This document shows positions 27,794 through 40,159 of a stretch of DNA of 64,000 nucleotides, one piece after another; positions within the stretch are counted from its first letter, which is position 1, and each line of letters begins with the position of its first letter. Origin of the DNA: Eledone cirrhosa (lineage: Eukaryota). Below the pieces are notes generated by a model that was not told where the DNA came from, did not search any database, and saw nothing but the letters and a program-made list of their open reading frames with translations. The DNA is taken from assembly GCA_964016885.1 (NCBI GenBank), contig OZ024750.1, positions 24,056,001 to 24,120,000 on the forward strand. The letters run 5' to 3'. The translations under genes and the position numbers were made by a program.

Positions 27794-29499
27794 TAAGTGA
27801 AGAACTGTTTGAAGGTTATATCTCTAAATGTAAATTCAGACGCATTTCCCCCCATAACTTTCGGAAACCTTATTTTTAAGGTTCTTCTTGGTTACTCAGC
27901 CTGCTATAAATAGCACATCCTACGGTTCTGAAAAAGGACTCGTTGGATAATGTGATCCTTTGCACATCAGAAAAAGAAAGGATAGTTACTACTAGAATGC
28001 TTTTTTTCATAGATTTGCTCGATTAGGGTTAATATTTTGTATTAGCACTTTGTATTATGCTCGTGTACAGAAACGTTTTTATGTATATCTTGGAATTTGT
28101 CAAAGAATTGTTTTCTCAACCTTTTCATTTCAAATGATGACCAGGTATATAAATATGTGCATTTGTAATTACATTTCCACCCTTAAAAAAGGTAAACAAT
28201 ATTTCAAATGTTTTGTAAGTGAAACAAAGTTGCAATGTTTTCATTATTTCGTTCAGGTATTTTGCAAGAGCAATAATAATAAAAGCTTCCGCTTAGTGAT
28301 ATAATTTCTCTATCGGTAACTTGTATTTTTTTAAAACTCATTTGTGTCTTAGAATATAATATTGTATGAACGTATAAGCAATTTAAACTTTTTTTGTATT
28401 TTATTATTTATAATCATTTTTTTTTCAAGTTAATATTTTTCTGAGATTCTAATTCCAAAACTTATTTTTAAAGGTTTGTAGTAGTTTCTTTTGTGCCAGC
28501 TTTCGTACATATGACTCTTTAACCACTTAGATTTCGCCTTTCCATTAATAAAATATCTTTTTATCTTTAGCTGTTTTTGCAACTAGCCAACTTTACTTTT
28601 GGATAAGTAATGGAAATCAAAGAGCATGTCTTTGTATAAAGCAAATATATCCAGAATCCATTCAAATCACAAGAAATAGATGCTTTCTTTAGTTGATATT
28701 TTAAGAATGGACTATTTAATGCTCTCCATATTCATCAGAAAATCTAGTGTTTTATGTTACTAATTTGACTTATATTTTTTTAACATGTTCAAAAAACAAT
28801 TTGCTTTTTGGTTGGAAATGAGATTTCAAGTTTCAGAATTTCTGTTTCATGAAAATAGTTTAAATTTTACTCGAATTTTATCATATCCAAGAGTGTAAGA
28901 TAAGCAATTCAGCATACAGATGAGAATAAAAAAGAGTTGCAGTATTAGTGGGATGGGCAGAGCAAATAAGATCAGAATAACAGACTTGTTTTAGTGGTAA
29001 AGGAGGCAGTGAGGACTTGCAATGATTGGCGATGACCTGGAAATTGTGTTTGAAAGATGACTTTCATCTGCACATAGACTATGTTGTGTAATCTAAAAAG
29101 ACTCCTAATTACAGGTTGTGATTGCACAATATAATATCTACAGTTGCTCATGCTGAAGTATTTTCTTTTACCTCGGAAGAGTAAGTAGTGAATTCTTGTT
29201 GCATTTGTCATAAGGTTAAGAATATGGAGCTTCCTGGAGCCCTGTCTTTAGTGAGAGAAATCTTCTTGGGAAGTATTTATGATTGATTGCCCACTATTAT
29301 GTTTCATTGCTTTACTACTGCAGCAAGCTGTTATATTTAATCCTAAACAACTCTGTCACATCACACTTATCAAATATATGTTGCACAAGTATTAGTATCA
29401 GGCTAATTGAATTACTACCAGGATCTTATAAATCACCTTCATTCTTTGATGCTTTACAATATCACATTACATTAATTCTTCAATTAATGTAATGTAAAA

Positions 29500-29690
29500 G
29501 GGCGGTGGATTGGCAGTATCGGTAGAGGGTTGGACGCCATGCTTTGCAACATAGAGTTACGGCCCTTTACAGTCTGATTACAAATCCCGCCGAGGTTAAC
29601 TTTGCCTTTTATCCTCACAGGGGTCGATAACATAAAGTATCAGTAATGCACTGGGATAATTGTTGGTCTTGTGCCAAAAGTAGAAACAAT
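29500..29690 (+). mobile_element. Full-length SINE family 1
   Basis: ggcggtggattggcagtatcggtagag...aaatcccgccgaggttaactttgcc...gtgccaaaagtagaaacaatt. Confidence 0.9.
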
Positions 29691-31069
29691 TAATTGTTCA
29701 ATTTCCTTTAAAAAGTAAAATAGTTTATAGTAAAGAAAATCCATAAATTATTCCATTCCAAAATGTCTTGGAAATTTCTGAAGAGTTGATAGATTTTGAG
29801 ACATAGCTATTAAAAGATATTGGCTTCTATTATAAAATATCATCATACCATAGTAACTATGGTATGATTGTATCACAACTGAATTAAGATTCAATTATAT
29901 CATACTGCACTTATCCATTTCATTCAATGGTTTGTTATTAATATTTGACCTTTGGGTTTGTATAGGTGTCTTATTTGATTCCTGCATTTAGTTTACTGTC
30001 ATACACTCAGTGAACTAGATGAAGATTAATTTGTTAGATTTTAAAACATTCCTGTAGTTGTCTCGTTTAGAAGTAAAGCACTTTAATCCTTTTCTTTGAT
30101 GCAAATACAAATTTACTGTTCATTGATTTTAGTTATATAAAAATGAATTAGTATCTATCAAACCAAAAAATTGCTTTCTTTTATGAATTGTTTGATTATA
30201 ATTGTGTACACGCCTGCAATTTTAACAGTCTACTATATTAATTGAAAGGGGTGTGCCCTATTGGTTAGGATATTGGACTCACAGTCATAACATTGTGGGT
30301 TCAATTCCTGTTCTCGAGCAAGTTGCTTCATTTCACATTGCTTTTCATGATGGAACTATCATTAAAATATCCAAGAAACCTCCTATGAGTTGTTATCTCA
30401 GGAGGCTAGTTAAACCTGCATGGGTATGAGCTGTACATTTCATTTTATTTTTTCATACAAAGGAAGCATTCTTAAATCATGAATCTTTCAAACAGTTTCT
30501 CTTTCAATTACCTATCATTTACTAAATACCATAAGTAATGATTTCATGTTTTAACAAATCAATTAGAATTGCACTTTTCTTTTGTGGTAGAAGTAACTGA
30601 GTTATTTTTAGGTATTATTGACTAACACAAATTGTTTGGATTCATTTTTCACTTTCTTGTTTTAACATGTTTCCACGATATTCTATCATGGTGAAAAGAT
30701 ATTGAACAAAAGATTTAATGACTTAAAAGCAACAATAGAAAGAAACTGTTAAAGAGTTCTTTCAGCTCATTATGTTATTAATTTATAATATTTAATATTT
30801 TGCCTATCAGAAGCTTAATCTTAAAACATTGAATAATATGATGATATGATCCTAAAACAGAATTAGGATTACGATTAGATAATCAAAACAGAATTTATTT
30901 TATTATCACAATATTAAATACTAAATTTTATATTGCTTTAACGATACAATTAATTATCCGTCTGGCAGAAAAATGTAAATATGAAACAGAATCTTCTTAT
31001 AATACTAGCAGACATCTTCAATGGCAAAATTGAATATATGTTGTTGTATGTTACTATTATTATATTGTG

Positions 31070-31260
31070 CAGTGGATTGGCAGTAATCGGTAGAGCGTCA
31101 GACACCATACTTTGCAGCCAGCAAAGAATTATGGCTCTTTACATTCTGAGTTCAAATTCCGCCGAGGTTAGATTTGCCTTTCATCCATAAGGGGTCGATA
31201 AAATAAAGTACCATTAATGCACTGGAGTAATTGCTGGCCTTGTGCCAAAAGTAGAAACAG
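31070..31260 (+). mobile_element. Full-length SINE family 1
   Basis: Same A/B boxes, body and tail. Confidence 0.9.
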
Positions 31261-31419
31261 TTATTTATTTATTTATATTATTATGTGTGGTTGTACTTAA
31301 TTATTAATTTATTTGAATATTCAGTTTACTTAAGTCTATATAGATGTATGCTGTGGTCAATGGTAACAACATGAACCAGCCAATCAAAGCCCCGGTTTCA
31401 CTGCTTTGCCTCTCTGATA

Positions 31420-33300
31420 CGCAGAACCCCAGGTGTATGCTGCATCATAATCCAAGTGGAGAGAATTAAGAATGTGTTACCCTGGAGAATAGCGAAGGAG
31501 ATGTGCTGAAAGAGCCTTCTAATTCGTAGGGGTCATTCCTGTAAATGGGTTAACTCCATTCCCATAGAATCAAGTGAGGAAGTGGTTTGTAGAATCAGAA
31601 TGCCAGATGTCTCTACCACTGTAGTTTCTTTCCATGGTAAATCTATTGGAAAGCAGTCGATACTTCAACAGCTTGTGATCTTCAGCTTGCCAGGCAAGAA
31701 AACCTAGGTCTATTGCTGAATTCACCAGGCTGCATGTCGTGTTCCAAATAAGGAGCTTGCCACCCCTGAAAGAGGAGACTTTGATCGCCTCTGTCTTTTT
31801 GCCATCCCCTCTGTCTAACCCTAGTGGTTCAAGCTGCAAAGAAAAGCCCACATCAAAGCCACACTTAATGATTTGGCACTGAGTCTGCATGACAATAGAT
31901 GAAGACCAGCTAACATTGAACCTCATGAAAACACAGATGCAAACTCAGTCCCTGTCCAGCTGAGCACTACTGTGGGATTAGGAGATGGAACAGAAACATG
32001 CCAAATGATGCTGGTCAAGCAGCTGCACAGGGCTGTCTGAACCCTTTTTGTACTGGATTGCATCCCATTTGCATTGGAGAGATTAAACATTCACAGAATG
32101 AAGGCCATGTTGGCTCCAAGTTTTATTCATCACCTCATATTCCCTGATCATAAGTAAGCTCAGATATATTTTGGAGAACCTTGTCAATAAGGGTGCAACA
32201 GGAGGTCAGCGATGAGTGAAATGCCAACAATGTCAATAAAACTGGAGCCCAGTGCTACTGCATCTGACAGGTAAGGTGGCTTGTTGCCATCCGGTGTCAT
32301 TGAATTGGATGTTGCATATCTCCTTTGCTGTATCCTGAATGTAGGCATCAAGATTTGAGAGATGAGATGCATGACTGCAAAAGGTATACAAGAGCTTCAG
32401 AATGGCAAAACAGTTCCTCAGCAGGAAAAGAGCCATGTGTTATGAATCAGGAAATCTGTTTATGAGAGCTTCAAGCTAATGAAACTTGACTTGCAGGTCA
32501 ATTGGATTGCAGGCAGGAGAATCAATGTTCCAAGAACATCTTCCTTGAGGGTCACTTGCACCCTTTGCTTTATTGATTGCATATTCATGATGGAGTCCTT
32601 GAACCCCTGTGTGTTGTAATTAATGTTCATGACCTCTGACTTAGGAGAGTTGATCAGAAGTGGATCCTTGCTAGGGAAGAAACTACTGAATGGAGATTAT
32701 GACACATAATCTCCACAAGAACACCTGTCATTGCCTCATCCAGGTTGCACACATGGAATAGTGCTGTCATGCTATATGCAATGTCTACACAGAGTGCAAA
32801 GAGGGTCACCTTGTTGGACACTGGTGGAGGATGAAAGAACATTATTTGTAATGAGGAGCATAATTGGGAACCCATATGATAAGTAGGCTAATAGGTAGAT
32901 GGGTAGGGTCCAACTGAGGCAAACTTTAAACAAGTGGTCACAGCACAGACAGTAAAATGCATTTCTCATATCAAGCTTGACAATGAAATACATAGAATAT
33001 AATGGCACCAACTCTGGTGGGCAGTCATTAATGGACTGCTTAGTGGCATGCGTGGCCCTTCACATATGTCAGCTACATCAACCCCAAGTTGCATCAGGCT
33101 TAGTTCCTCAAGTTCAGAGGCGACAGACCTACAGATGACTTTGGTAGCCAGCACTAGGGTGTATACCACTATTCTTCTTCCTCAGCGCAGTCAAGTAGCC
33201 GAAAAGAAGATGCCATGGGTGTAGGGTGCCATGAATGAATGTGTGAGTGAGTGCCACAGTTGCACTCAGCAGTGTGGGAGGATGCCAAGTCTTGTGATGA
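31420..33300 (-). mobile_element. Decayed non-LTR retrotransposon of the restriction-like-endonuclease (CRE-like) type
   Basis: Minus-strand peptides QLGV, VKLDMRNAF, SSTSVQQGDPL, LEPLGLDRGDGK, GKLLIWNTTC and FAILQGN in the expected RT-then-endonuclease order, with many stops and frameshifts. Confidence 0.75.
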
Positions 33301-34119
33301 AAGACCTTGTATTTATTTGGACTGATATTGGCTGTGCTTTATGTTCATAAATATATTAATAGTAGATCAAAGATTCATAGTTACCATATACGATTGTGGT
33401 CATTAAGATATTTCTGATTTAAGTCTCTTATCTCTGACCTAAATTGTACTTGAGAATCTTTACTTTCAGAGGTCATTCTTTCCATTTCATAGTAAGTTTA
33501 ACACCTGAAAAAAGCTAAAAGCAATAATTAAGAGAGCAAAACCTCTAATGTTACTAATTGTGTTTTTTAACAAACTGACAGTAGCAGAAAATTCGCTCTC
33601 TTTGTTTGAACAGTAGGTAAAATTCAATATGTTATGGGTACTGCTAGAATTGACTGTAAAATATACACTTTATAGGGAATTAGTAAAATTGTAAATTTTT
33701 ATACATTAACGTTGTTAAATTTTTCATACAGACTCAGCCAAAACTAGCTCTGATTCTATTAAATAAAAACACCTATTTTAAAGGGTTCCTATTTAAATTA
33801 AAATCTTCCAGCATAAATTTTATATAAGAACTTTTTGTTAACTATTGGAATAATTAAGAATTTTTGCAAATGCCTCAAAATTCTTCATTAATTAATTAAA
33901 CTAGTGTATTTCATTAGGAATATAGTCATGAAAGAATCCATTCTTTTTTTTATTTTGCTTAACTTCTAGAATTTTCATTTTTTCTATCTAAAAAGAAGGG
34001 CCATGAAGAATGCATAGTTGTGAGTCTGTGTTATTGTTTGATTCTTGATGAAATCAAAAATAAAGATAATCTAAATAAAACAAACAGAACCCACAGAGTA
34101 GTGGAACGGTTAAAGTTCT

Positions 34120-34495
34120 TGACACTATTAACTGAAATGGACCTCCATTATTTTCAACAACGAGTTTTCCAACAGTTCAGTCAACCTGCTCATGAAATTG
34201 TGTCAGTGGCTAAGCATTCCACAGACATGTGCACCCTTAAGCCTTTAGCATTTACATTACTCTATATATACTATTGTATTTTTGTGATAAAAGCTTTATC
34301 TTACATAATTATCTCACATAATATCAAATCTATGAGATTTTGATGTTATTTATTTTGAGAACAATATCTTAACATCAGTATGAGCTGCAGGTTATGGTTG
34401 GTTTGAACAGAAAGAGGTGAGAAAATTCTGGCCAAATACAGCTGGTTTAAATGCTAAAGGGTTAATGTAATTCTCAAAGAGATTCAGTTCGACAC
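34120..34495 (-). mobile_element. SINE family 3 fragment interrupted by a MITE at its internal TTAA
   Basis: cctgctcatgaaatt..gtggctaagcattccacagacatgtgcaccc-TTAA-tgtaattctcaaagagattcag; homologous to 47385-47900. Confidence 0.75.
34241..34461 (-). mobile_element. piggyBac-type MITE family 1 (orientation B)
   Basis: TTAA-flanked, TIRs present. Confidence 0.9.
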
Positions 34496-35740
34496 TTTAA
34501 ATTCCTGGTACAGTCCATCCAACAGGCTTCTAAATAGTTTTTGTCTATCAAGTTTCACTCACATGGCATTTTTTGACCTGGGGTTAGGCTATGGAAAATG
34601 ACACTTGCCCAAGATCCCACACAGTGCGATTGAACCTGGAATCTAATGATCACGAAGTAAACTTCTTAACCATTTGTCCATGCTGACGTACTAAGTTAAC
34701 CATGTTAACATGAATAATAAAACTTGTAAGGTTAGTGTTGACAAGTGAGGACATTCTTAGCTATATATATATAGTGTATTTTTTAGTATTGTGAAAACAA
34801 CTATGTTCTTTACTATATAATAAAGGTTAATCTCTTGACTCTTGAAGATTATGGGTTTGTTCTTTCTAACAATGTCTCTCCAACTAGTACTTTTTAACCT
34901 GCCAAAATTAGTCTATAAGATGTTATTTTCTATGGTCATTTTACAAATTAACTTTTGTTTTCTTTTTGTTGTAGTTTTCAGAGTTTATTTGTAGCACTTA
35001 ATTACTTATAAAATGTTTTGGTTTCAACATATTAAATTTTTTATTTTAATATGCATTTAAATTGTTATTGGTTTTGTTGATTATAAGCTAGAATTTTATA
35101 TATTTGTAATTATATTTAAACAGTCTGTAGTTGTATATGTATGAAGTTAAAACACTTTGTGTATATTTATTTTGCTTTGTAGATGTATTTGTTTTCTAAA
35201 ATGGTAATTTGAACATTAACAAATCTATTACTTTTAAATGTGTTAATGTAATCCAAAAGAAAAGCATTTTCATTGCTTCTGAAGATAAGAATAATCTAGG
35301 ATTTTACAGATCTATATAATATGTAGGTATGGCTGGGCAGTTGAGATGTATGTTTTACAACTGCTTGGTTTAGGATTTAATTCCACCTGCTCGGCATCTT
35401 GAGTCAGGTTGACTAAGATTATGTAGTAAAATTTGCTTGACTGAAATGGTGTCAAACTGGAAGCCAGTTTGAGGGCCTGTTTCTGTTTTTAGATGCTAGA
35501 CCTGATCCATTGCCTAGTTAAACACCATTACTTGGCCTTTGATTTTTTTTTAGGGGAATGTTGCAAACATTTGGGCTAGGTCTTGGCTCTGAAGATAACT
35601 TCTGTTTGGTAGACCCTGGAAAGGGTCAGGGGCCCAGCCATTTGACTAAGTGATAAAAAAATATTAGTAATTTATTACAAAAATATAATGAAAGAAATTA
35701 ACATTTGAAATTAATTATATTTTCATTATAATTTTTCCAG

Positions 35741-35765
35741 GTCAGTGAAGATGAACATTCAGATG
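35741..35765 (+). CDS. CASC3: CASC3 exon 2 (25-nt microexon, VSEDEHSD)
   Basis: tttttccag| acceptor and |gtaagt donor; phase 0 to 1 fits both neighbours; joins to give SECVSED, like vertebrate SECESED. Confidence 0.85.
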
Positions 35766-36419
35766 GTAAGTAATAAAATAGTTTTGAAGTTTAATAAATC
35801 TGATTTACAAAACTGAATATTATGAGAAAATTTACTGGTTATGAAAAGAAACTTAATTTGGTTATATAATTAATTAAACTAACTTGAAAGTGTCAAGTTT
35901 TGACAGGCATTTATTAGTTAGCTTCCAAATACCAGTTCACCTGAAACTGCACCTGGTGCTATATTGAAAAGTGTATATCTTAAACTATTTATATAATTTT
36001 AAAAAACTTTCCATCCTAATTTTATACAAGAACCTTTATGTTCCAAGCACCAGCAGTTATATTACTAAATCCCTACAAATTCTTGATTATTTTCAAAATT
36101 ATTTGAAAATCATAGGCAGTACCTGTAATGAAAGGATTAAATATTTTTCATTTAATTGAGATGACAAGATCAATCTTCTATATATATATATATTGTTTTA
36201 TTTACAAGAGAATCTATAACTTTCATGTTAAGGCATTTGTTACAAACAAGATTCTATAAGTTTAAAATTTCAATCACTGCAATTTTTTAAATCTTTTATT
36301 TTTAAGTGATTCAAGTTGTTTATTTTTTGTTTGCTATTAATTTCTTAATTGTCAGTTGTCTGTTACAAATTAAAATAATATTTGCTTATCTAAATTATTT
36401 TGTTGTTTTTAACTTTCAG

Positions 36420-36469
36420 AAGTTGAAGTGTCTGATTACGAGAGTGTTGGTGATGGAAAAAAACATACT
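36420..36469 (+). CDS. CASC3: CASC3 exon 3 (EVEVSDYESVGDGKKHT)
   Basis: ctttcag| acceptor and |gtaagt donor; conserved SDYES motif; phase 1 to 0. Confidence 0.88.
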
Positions 36470-36689
36470 GTAAGTTTATTAACTTTTTAAAAGTCTGCTT
36501 TATAAAACCTGTTCAGGTTGATATATTTTTTTATAAATGATGTCAATATATTACAAAAACAAAATCTCATATGGAAAATTGTTTTCTAGGTCAACTAGAT
36601 AACAGAAGCTGTCAGTCAACCTATAGTGAGTCTTCTAGTCATTTGAAAGAATTTATTTTGTGGGTACTCATACTACTAAGTACATTTGT

Positions 36690-37205
36690 GCATTTGTTAC
36701 ATACAAAGTTCTATGTCATCATGATTGTGATCCTTCTGCATCTCTTGTGCGCCCATAGTTTACATTGGGTACACAGTATAGAACTCCTGCCTATCAAACA
36801 TGGCCATATTCCAGGCTTTAGTAAAGTTCTGTCTTCTTTCTTGCTAAGTTTACTTTTAGATCTCTTAATTCCAGGCTCTACTTCCATGTTGGGAGTTTTT
36901 GTGCTAATTCTTTGACTAATTCAGCTATGAAAACTAGGCTGTTATACAGGAGTTCTGATAGAGAGCCAGTCTTAATCTGTTATGGTTCTCTAAATGAGAA
37001 GGGGCTGGGAACTGACAGTATGCCTGCACATGGCTTGCACGGTTCTGACAAACCAACCCTGTAAATTTAGTTGTCTTAGCAACTACCATACTATAGTGCA
37101 TGGGATCTTGTCAAGCCTTCTCCAAGTCAATGAATGTTGGGTATAATGGTTTGCTTTTAGCTAAGAAATGGGCATTGGTGATGCCCCATCCTGTTACAAA
37201 CCTCA
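36690..37205 (-). mobile_element. Decayed RTE-type LINE fragment
   Basis: Minus strand contains decayed FIDLEKA (ttcattgacttggagaaggct) RT-like sequence. Confidence 0.55.
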
Positions 37206-37381
37206 AAATTTCAACATCTGATGTTGATAATGTAATAACCTAAATGTTCTGAAGCCTTCTACCATTTTTGTTGCTCAATTGGTTTAAGTCTAAGAATCAT
37301 GTATCAATAATCCCCAAATAGATGAGATAGAAATATATAAAATAGGATGATAAAGTTTTCTGGTCAGTGTATCAAAGTTAA

Positions 37382-37570
37382 CCCTTTAGCATTTAAACTG
37401 GCTATATTTGGCCAGAATTCTCTCAACTTTTTATGTTCAAACCAGCCATAACCTGCCATTCATACTGATGTTAAGGTATTATTCTCAAAATAAATAACAT
37501 CAAAATTTCATAGCTTCGATATTATGTGAAAATACAATAGTAAAAACAGAGTTATGTAAATGCTAAAGGG
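37382..37570 (+). mobile_element. piggyBac-type MITE family 1 (orientation A)
   Basis: TTAA-flanked, TIRs present. Confidence 0.9.
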
Positions 37571-38016
37571 TTAAAAGCTAGATGAAGGCTTGTTAATAAA
37601 TAATTGTAGTTTATATGCTTGACAAGCCACTGTTTATATTTGAAGTGTTAAAATACCAACAAAAAGTAGGTAGGCTAATTAACATTCAGCTCATGTTGTT
37701 CATTTGGTTCTTTCTGACCAACCAGATGTAATACTGGTTGCCCAACAATGTTTAAGGTTTTTTTAGTGTAACAACTGAAGCAGACTAGCTATGAATCTGA
37801 ACTGCTGCGATGATTCAGTTAATGGGTAAAGGTTCATACTGTTTACATTATTTAACTTCTATTGAAGGGAAATATTTAAGAAAGTGTTGAATTTTTTTTC
37901 TTTTGTTGTGGATAAAGGGAAACACTCTAAAAAATAATTTGTTTGTCAATATGTGTGTGGGGAATGCAAATATTTTTATTGCTAAGATTGAAGAAGAAAT
38001 ATCAACTTGGATAAGA

Positions 38017-38242
38017 CCGGCCAGAATTCTCTCACCTCTTTCTGTTCAAACCAGCTGTAACTGGCCGCTATTATATTTTCATGGTAAAGGCTTTACCTCT
38101 CATAATTATTTCACAAATTATCGAGTCTATGAGATTTTGATATTATTTATTTTGAGAACAATACCTTAACAGTTACACCCAGTTTGAACAGAAAGAGGTG
38201 AGAGAATTCTAGCCGGACATGACAAATTTGAATGCTAAAGGG
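38017..38242 (-). mobile_element. Rearranged (fold-back) MITE family 1 copy
   Basis: The left end is replaced by an inverted copy of the right subterminal segment. Confidence 0.8.
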
Positions 38243-38956
38243 TTAAATATATGAATAGTTATTGAAAATAGGTAAAATCAGGAACCTAAATCTTTTAATC
38301 CTATTGATTCCAAAAATAATCCTTAGGGATTCGTTTAATAAAATGTGTTTAAAAATAGTAAGAATACAAAAAAATAATAATTTTGAAATTCATGCATAAT
38401 GAAATTCCTCTTAAAAATTAAGAAAAATAACTGGGAAGCATCTTCAGAGACATGGAATATACTATCACTAGTTATTCCTTTTCAGTTCACCTTTGTACAT
38501 GACTTTACATTTAATTCTGAAAATCACATAATTCTTTATTCAATCATAGATTGGCCCTAATTCATTGCTTTATACTTAGATTTAATTTTTCTAATGATGA
38601 AATGATTCCTTATATTAACTCTCAAGCATATTTTAATTTTGTTATATTTGGGGAGGGTCATGTTGTTATAATATTGCCAGAAATATATAATAAAACACAC
38701 TGTTTGGTTTGGGTTGGTTTTTGCTTTAGTATATTTTATATTTCTATAATTAATTCACTTGGCAATCAGTGTTTATCATTGATTGACCAACAACTAAAAA
38801 ATATAGATAGAAATATAGTCTCTCAGAGTTCTTTTGTCACACACCTGTGACATCATTAGTGATATTATTATTGTTTCCTCCCATTGTATTTCATATCAAA
38901 AACCTTGCAAAACAAATTTGTATTTTAATTTTCAATCAATATAATCTCTTTTCTAG

Positions 38957-39340
38957 CCAGGAGAAGAAGTTGAAGAAAAGGAAGGTGATGAAGGAGGTGA
39001 TGAAGGAGGCGATGAAGGAGGCGATGAAGGAGGTGATGAAGGAGGCGATGAAGGAGGCGATGAAGGAGGCGTTGAAGGAGGCGATGAAGGAGGCGATGAA
39101 GGAGGCGTTGAAGGAGGCGATGAAGGAGGAGATGAAGGAGGAGATGAAGGAGGAGAAGAGGAAGAAGAGGAAGATGATGATGATGAGGATGATGATGATG
39201 ATGATGAGGAAGATGAGAGTGAAGAAGATAGCGAGGAAGAAAGCGAAGAAGATAGTGAAGAAGAGTCTAGTGAAGTAGACAGTGAAGGAGAATATATTGA
39301 AGATGGCATAGATGAAGAACGTCAAAGTGGTGATGGAGAG
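38957..39340 (+). CDS. CASC3: CASC3 exon 4: (GDEG)x14, long D/E/S tract and conserved ERQSGDG motif
   Basis: ttttctag| acceptor; 384 nt open, phase 0 to 0; |gtatgt donor. Confidence 0.9.
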
Positions 39341-39371
39341 GTATGTTGGGAATACTTCATTAGAATAGTAA

Positions 39372-39696
39372 TCTACTAATATAATAGCCTTGTGTATTTG
39401 TCTGTCACACTAGGGGTGACTGAGGAAGGAAGGGGTGATTACGTCGACTGAGGAAGGAAGGGGTGATTACGTCAATTGAGGAAGGAAGGGGTGTCTAATA
39501 CACACATCTATGTGATGACTAAGGAAGGAGGGAGGGGTGAGTACCATAGAAGTCCAGCGTTCTAAGATTCGTCACAGCTATATGTTTGTATCACTTGTTT
39601 GAGTGAACACGAAGGAACCAACCAGTATCTCTTTTTTTTATATTATGTCTAGATATTATAATTAGCCGTCATTTTTGACAGCACAGGGCCAGCTAG
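39372..39696 (+). mobile_element. Non-autonomous Helitron-like element with internal ~28-bp tandem repeats
   Basis: A|TCTACTAATATAATA..TGTCTGTC 5' end; gactgaggaaggaaggggtgattacgtc repeats; 3' hairpin gccgtca/tgacagc followed by CTAG|T. Confidence 0.7.
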
Positions 39697-39842
39697 TTAC
39701 TTTTATAAAAAGCCATTGGCTTCATTATTCACCTAAAATATATCTCCTTTGTGAAGATGATCAAGAGAACTCTTTTCTTCCATAGTTCATGTACTATTAT
39801 TAGTCAGCCTGAATATAATTTTAAAAGAAGTGAACATTGTAG

Positions 39843-39912
39843 TGTGTTGGTGTAATGGTAGCACAGTGGTCTGGATAACCAAAGATATGGGTTCGACTCC
39901 CATGTATGTCGA
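39843..39912 (+). other. tRNA-like sequence (SINE head or tRNA pseudogene)
   Basis: A-box tggtgtaatggtagc and B-box gggttcgactccc, but acceptor and anticodon stems are irregular. Confidence 0.55.
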
Positions 39913-40159
39913 TACTCATCCTTTTCCATTTTTTAGAGGGTTTTAAACCCCACTATCAGGCTAAAAATTCTGAGTAAAAAATATGGCGAAAGCTTCTATT
40001 TCTACTAAATTTCAAACTTCGCTTGCTGTTTCAAAACAAACTTGATTGTGATTTTGTCTTTTTTAGACACGTACTTGAAATTAGCTTTTTTGTTCTAATT
40101 AGAGATACTTTTATCAGTCATTTATAAATCCATAATTAATTTTCTGTTGTTCCTTTTAG

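Noticed and set aside
38847-39325. ORFs (MKEA)n on +, and (IASF)n and (PPSS)n on -
   Set aside because: Alternative frames of the GDEG repeat; only the acidic frame fits the splice phases and the ERQSGDG motif.
39843-39912. Functional tRNA gene
   Set aside because: A/B boxes are present but the acceptor and anticodon stems do not form properly; more likely a SINE head.
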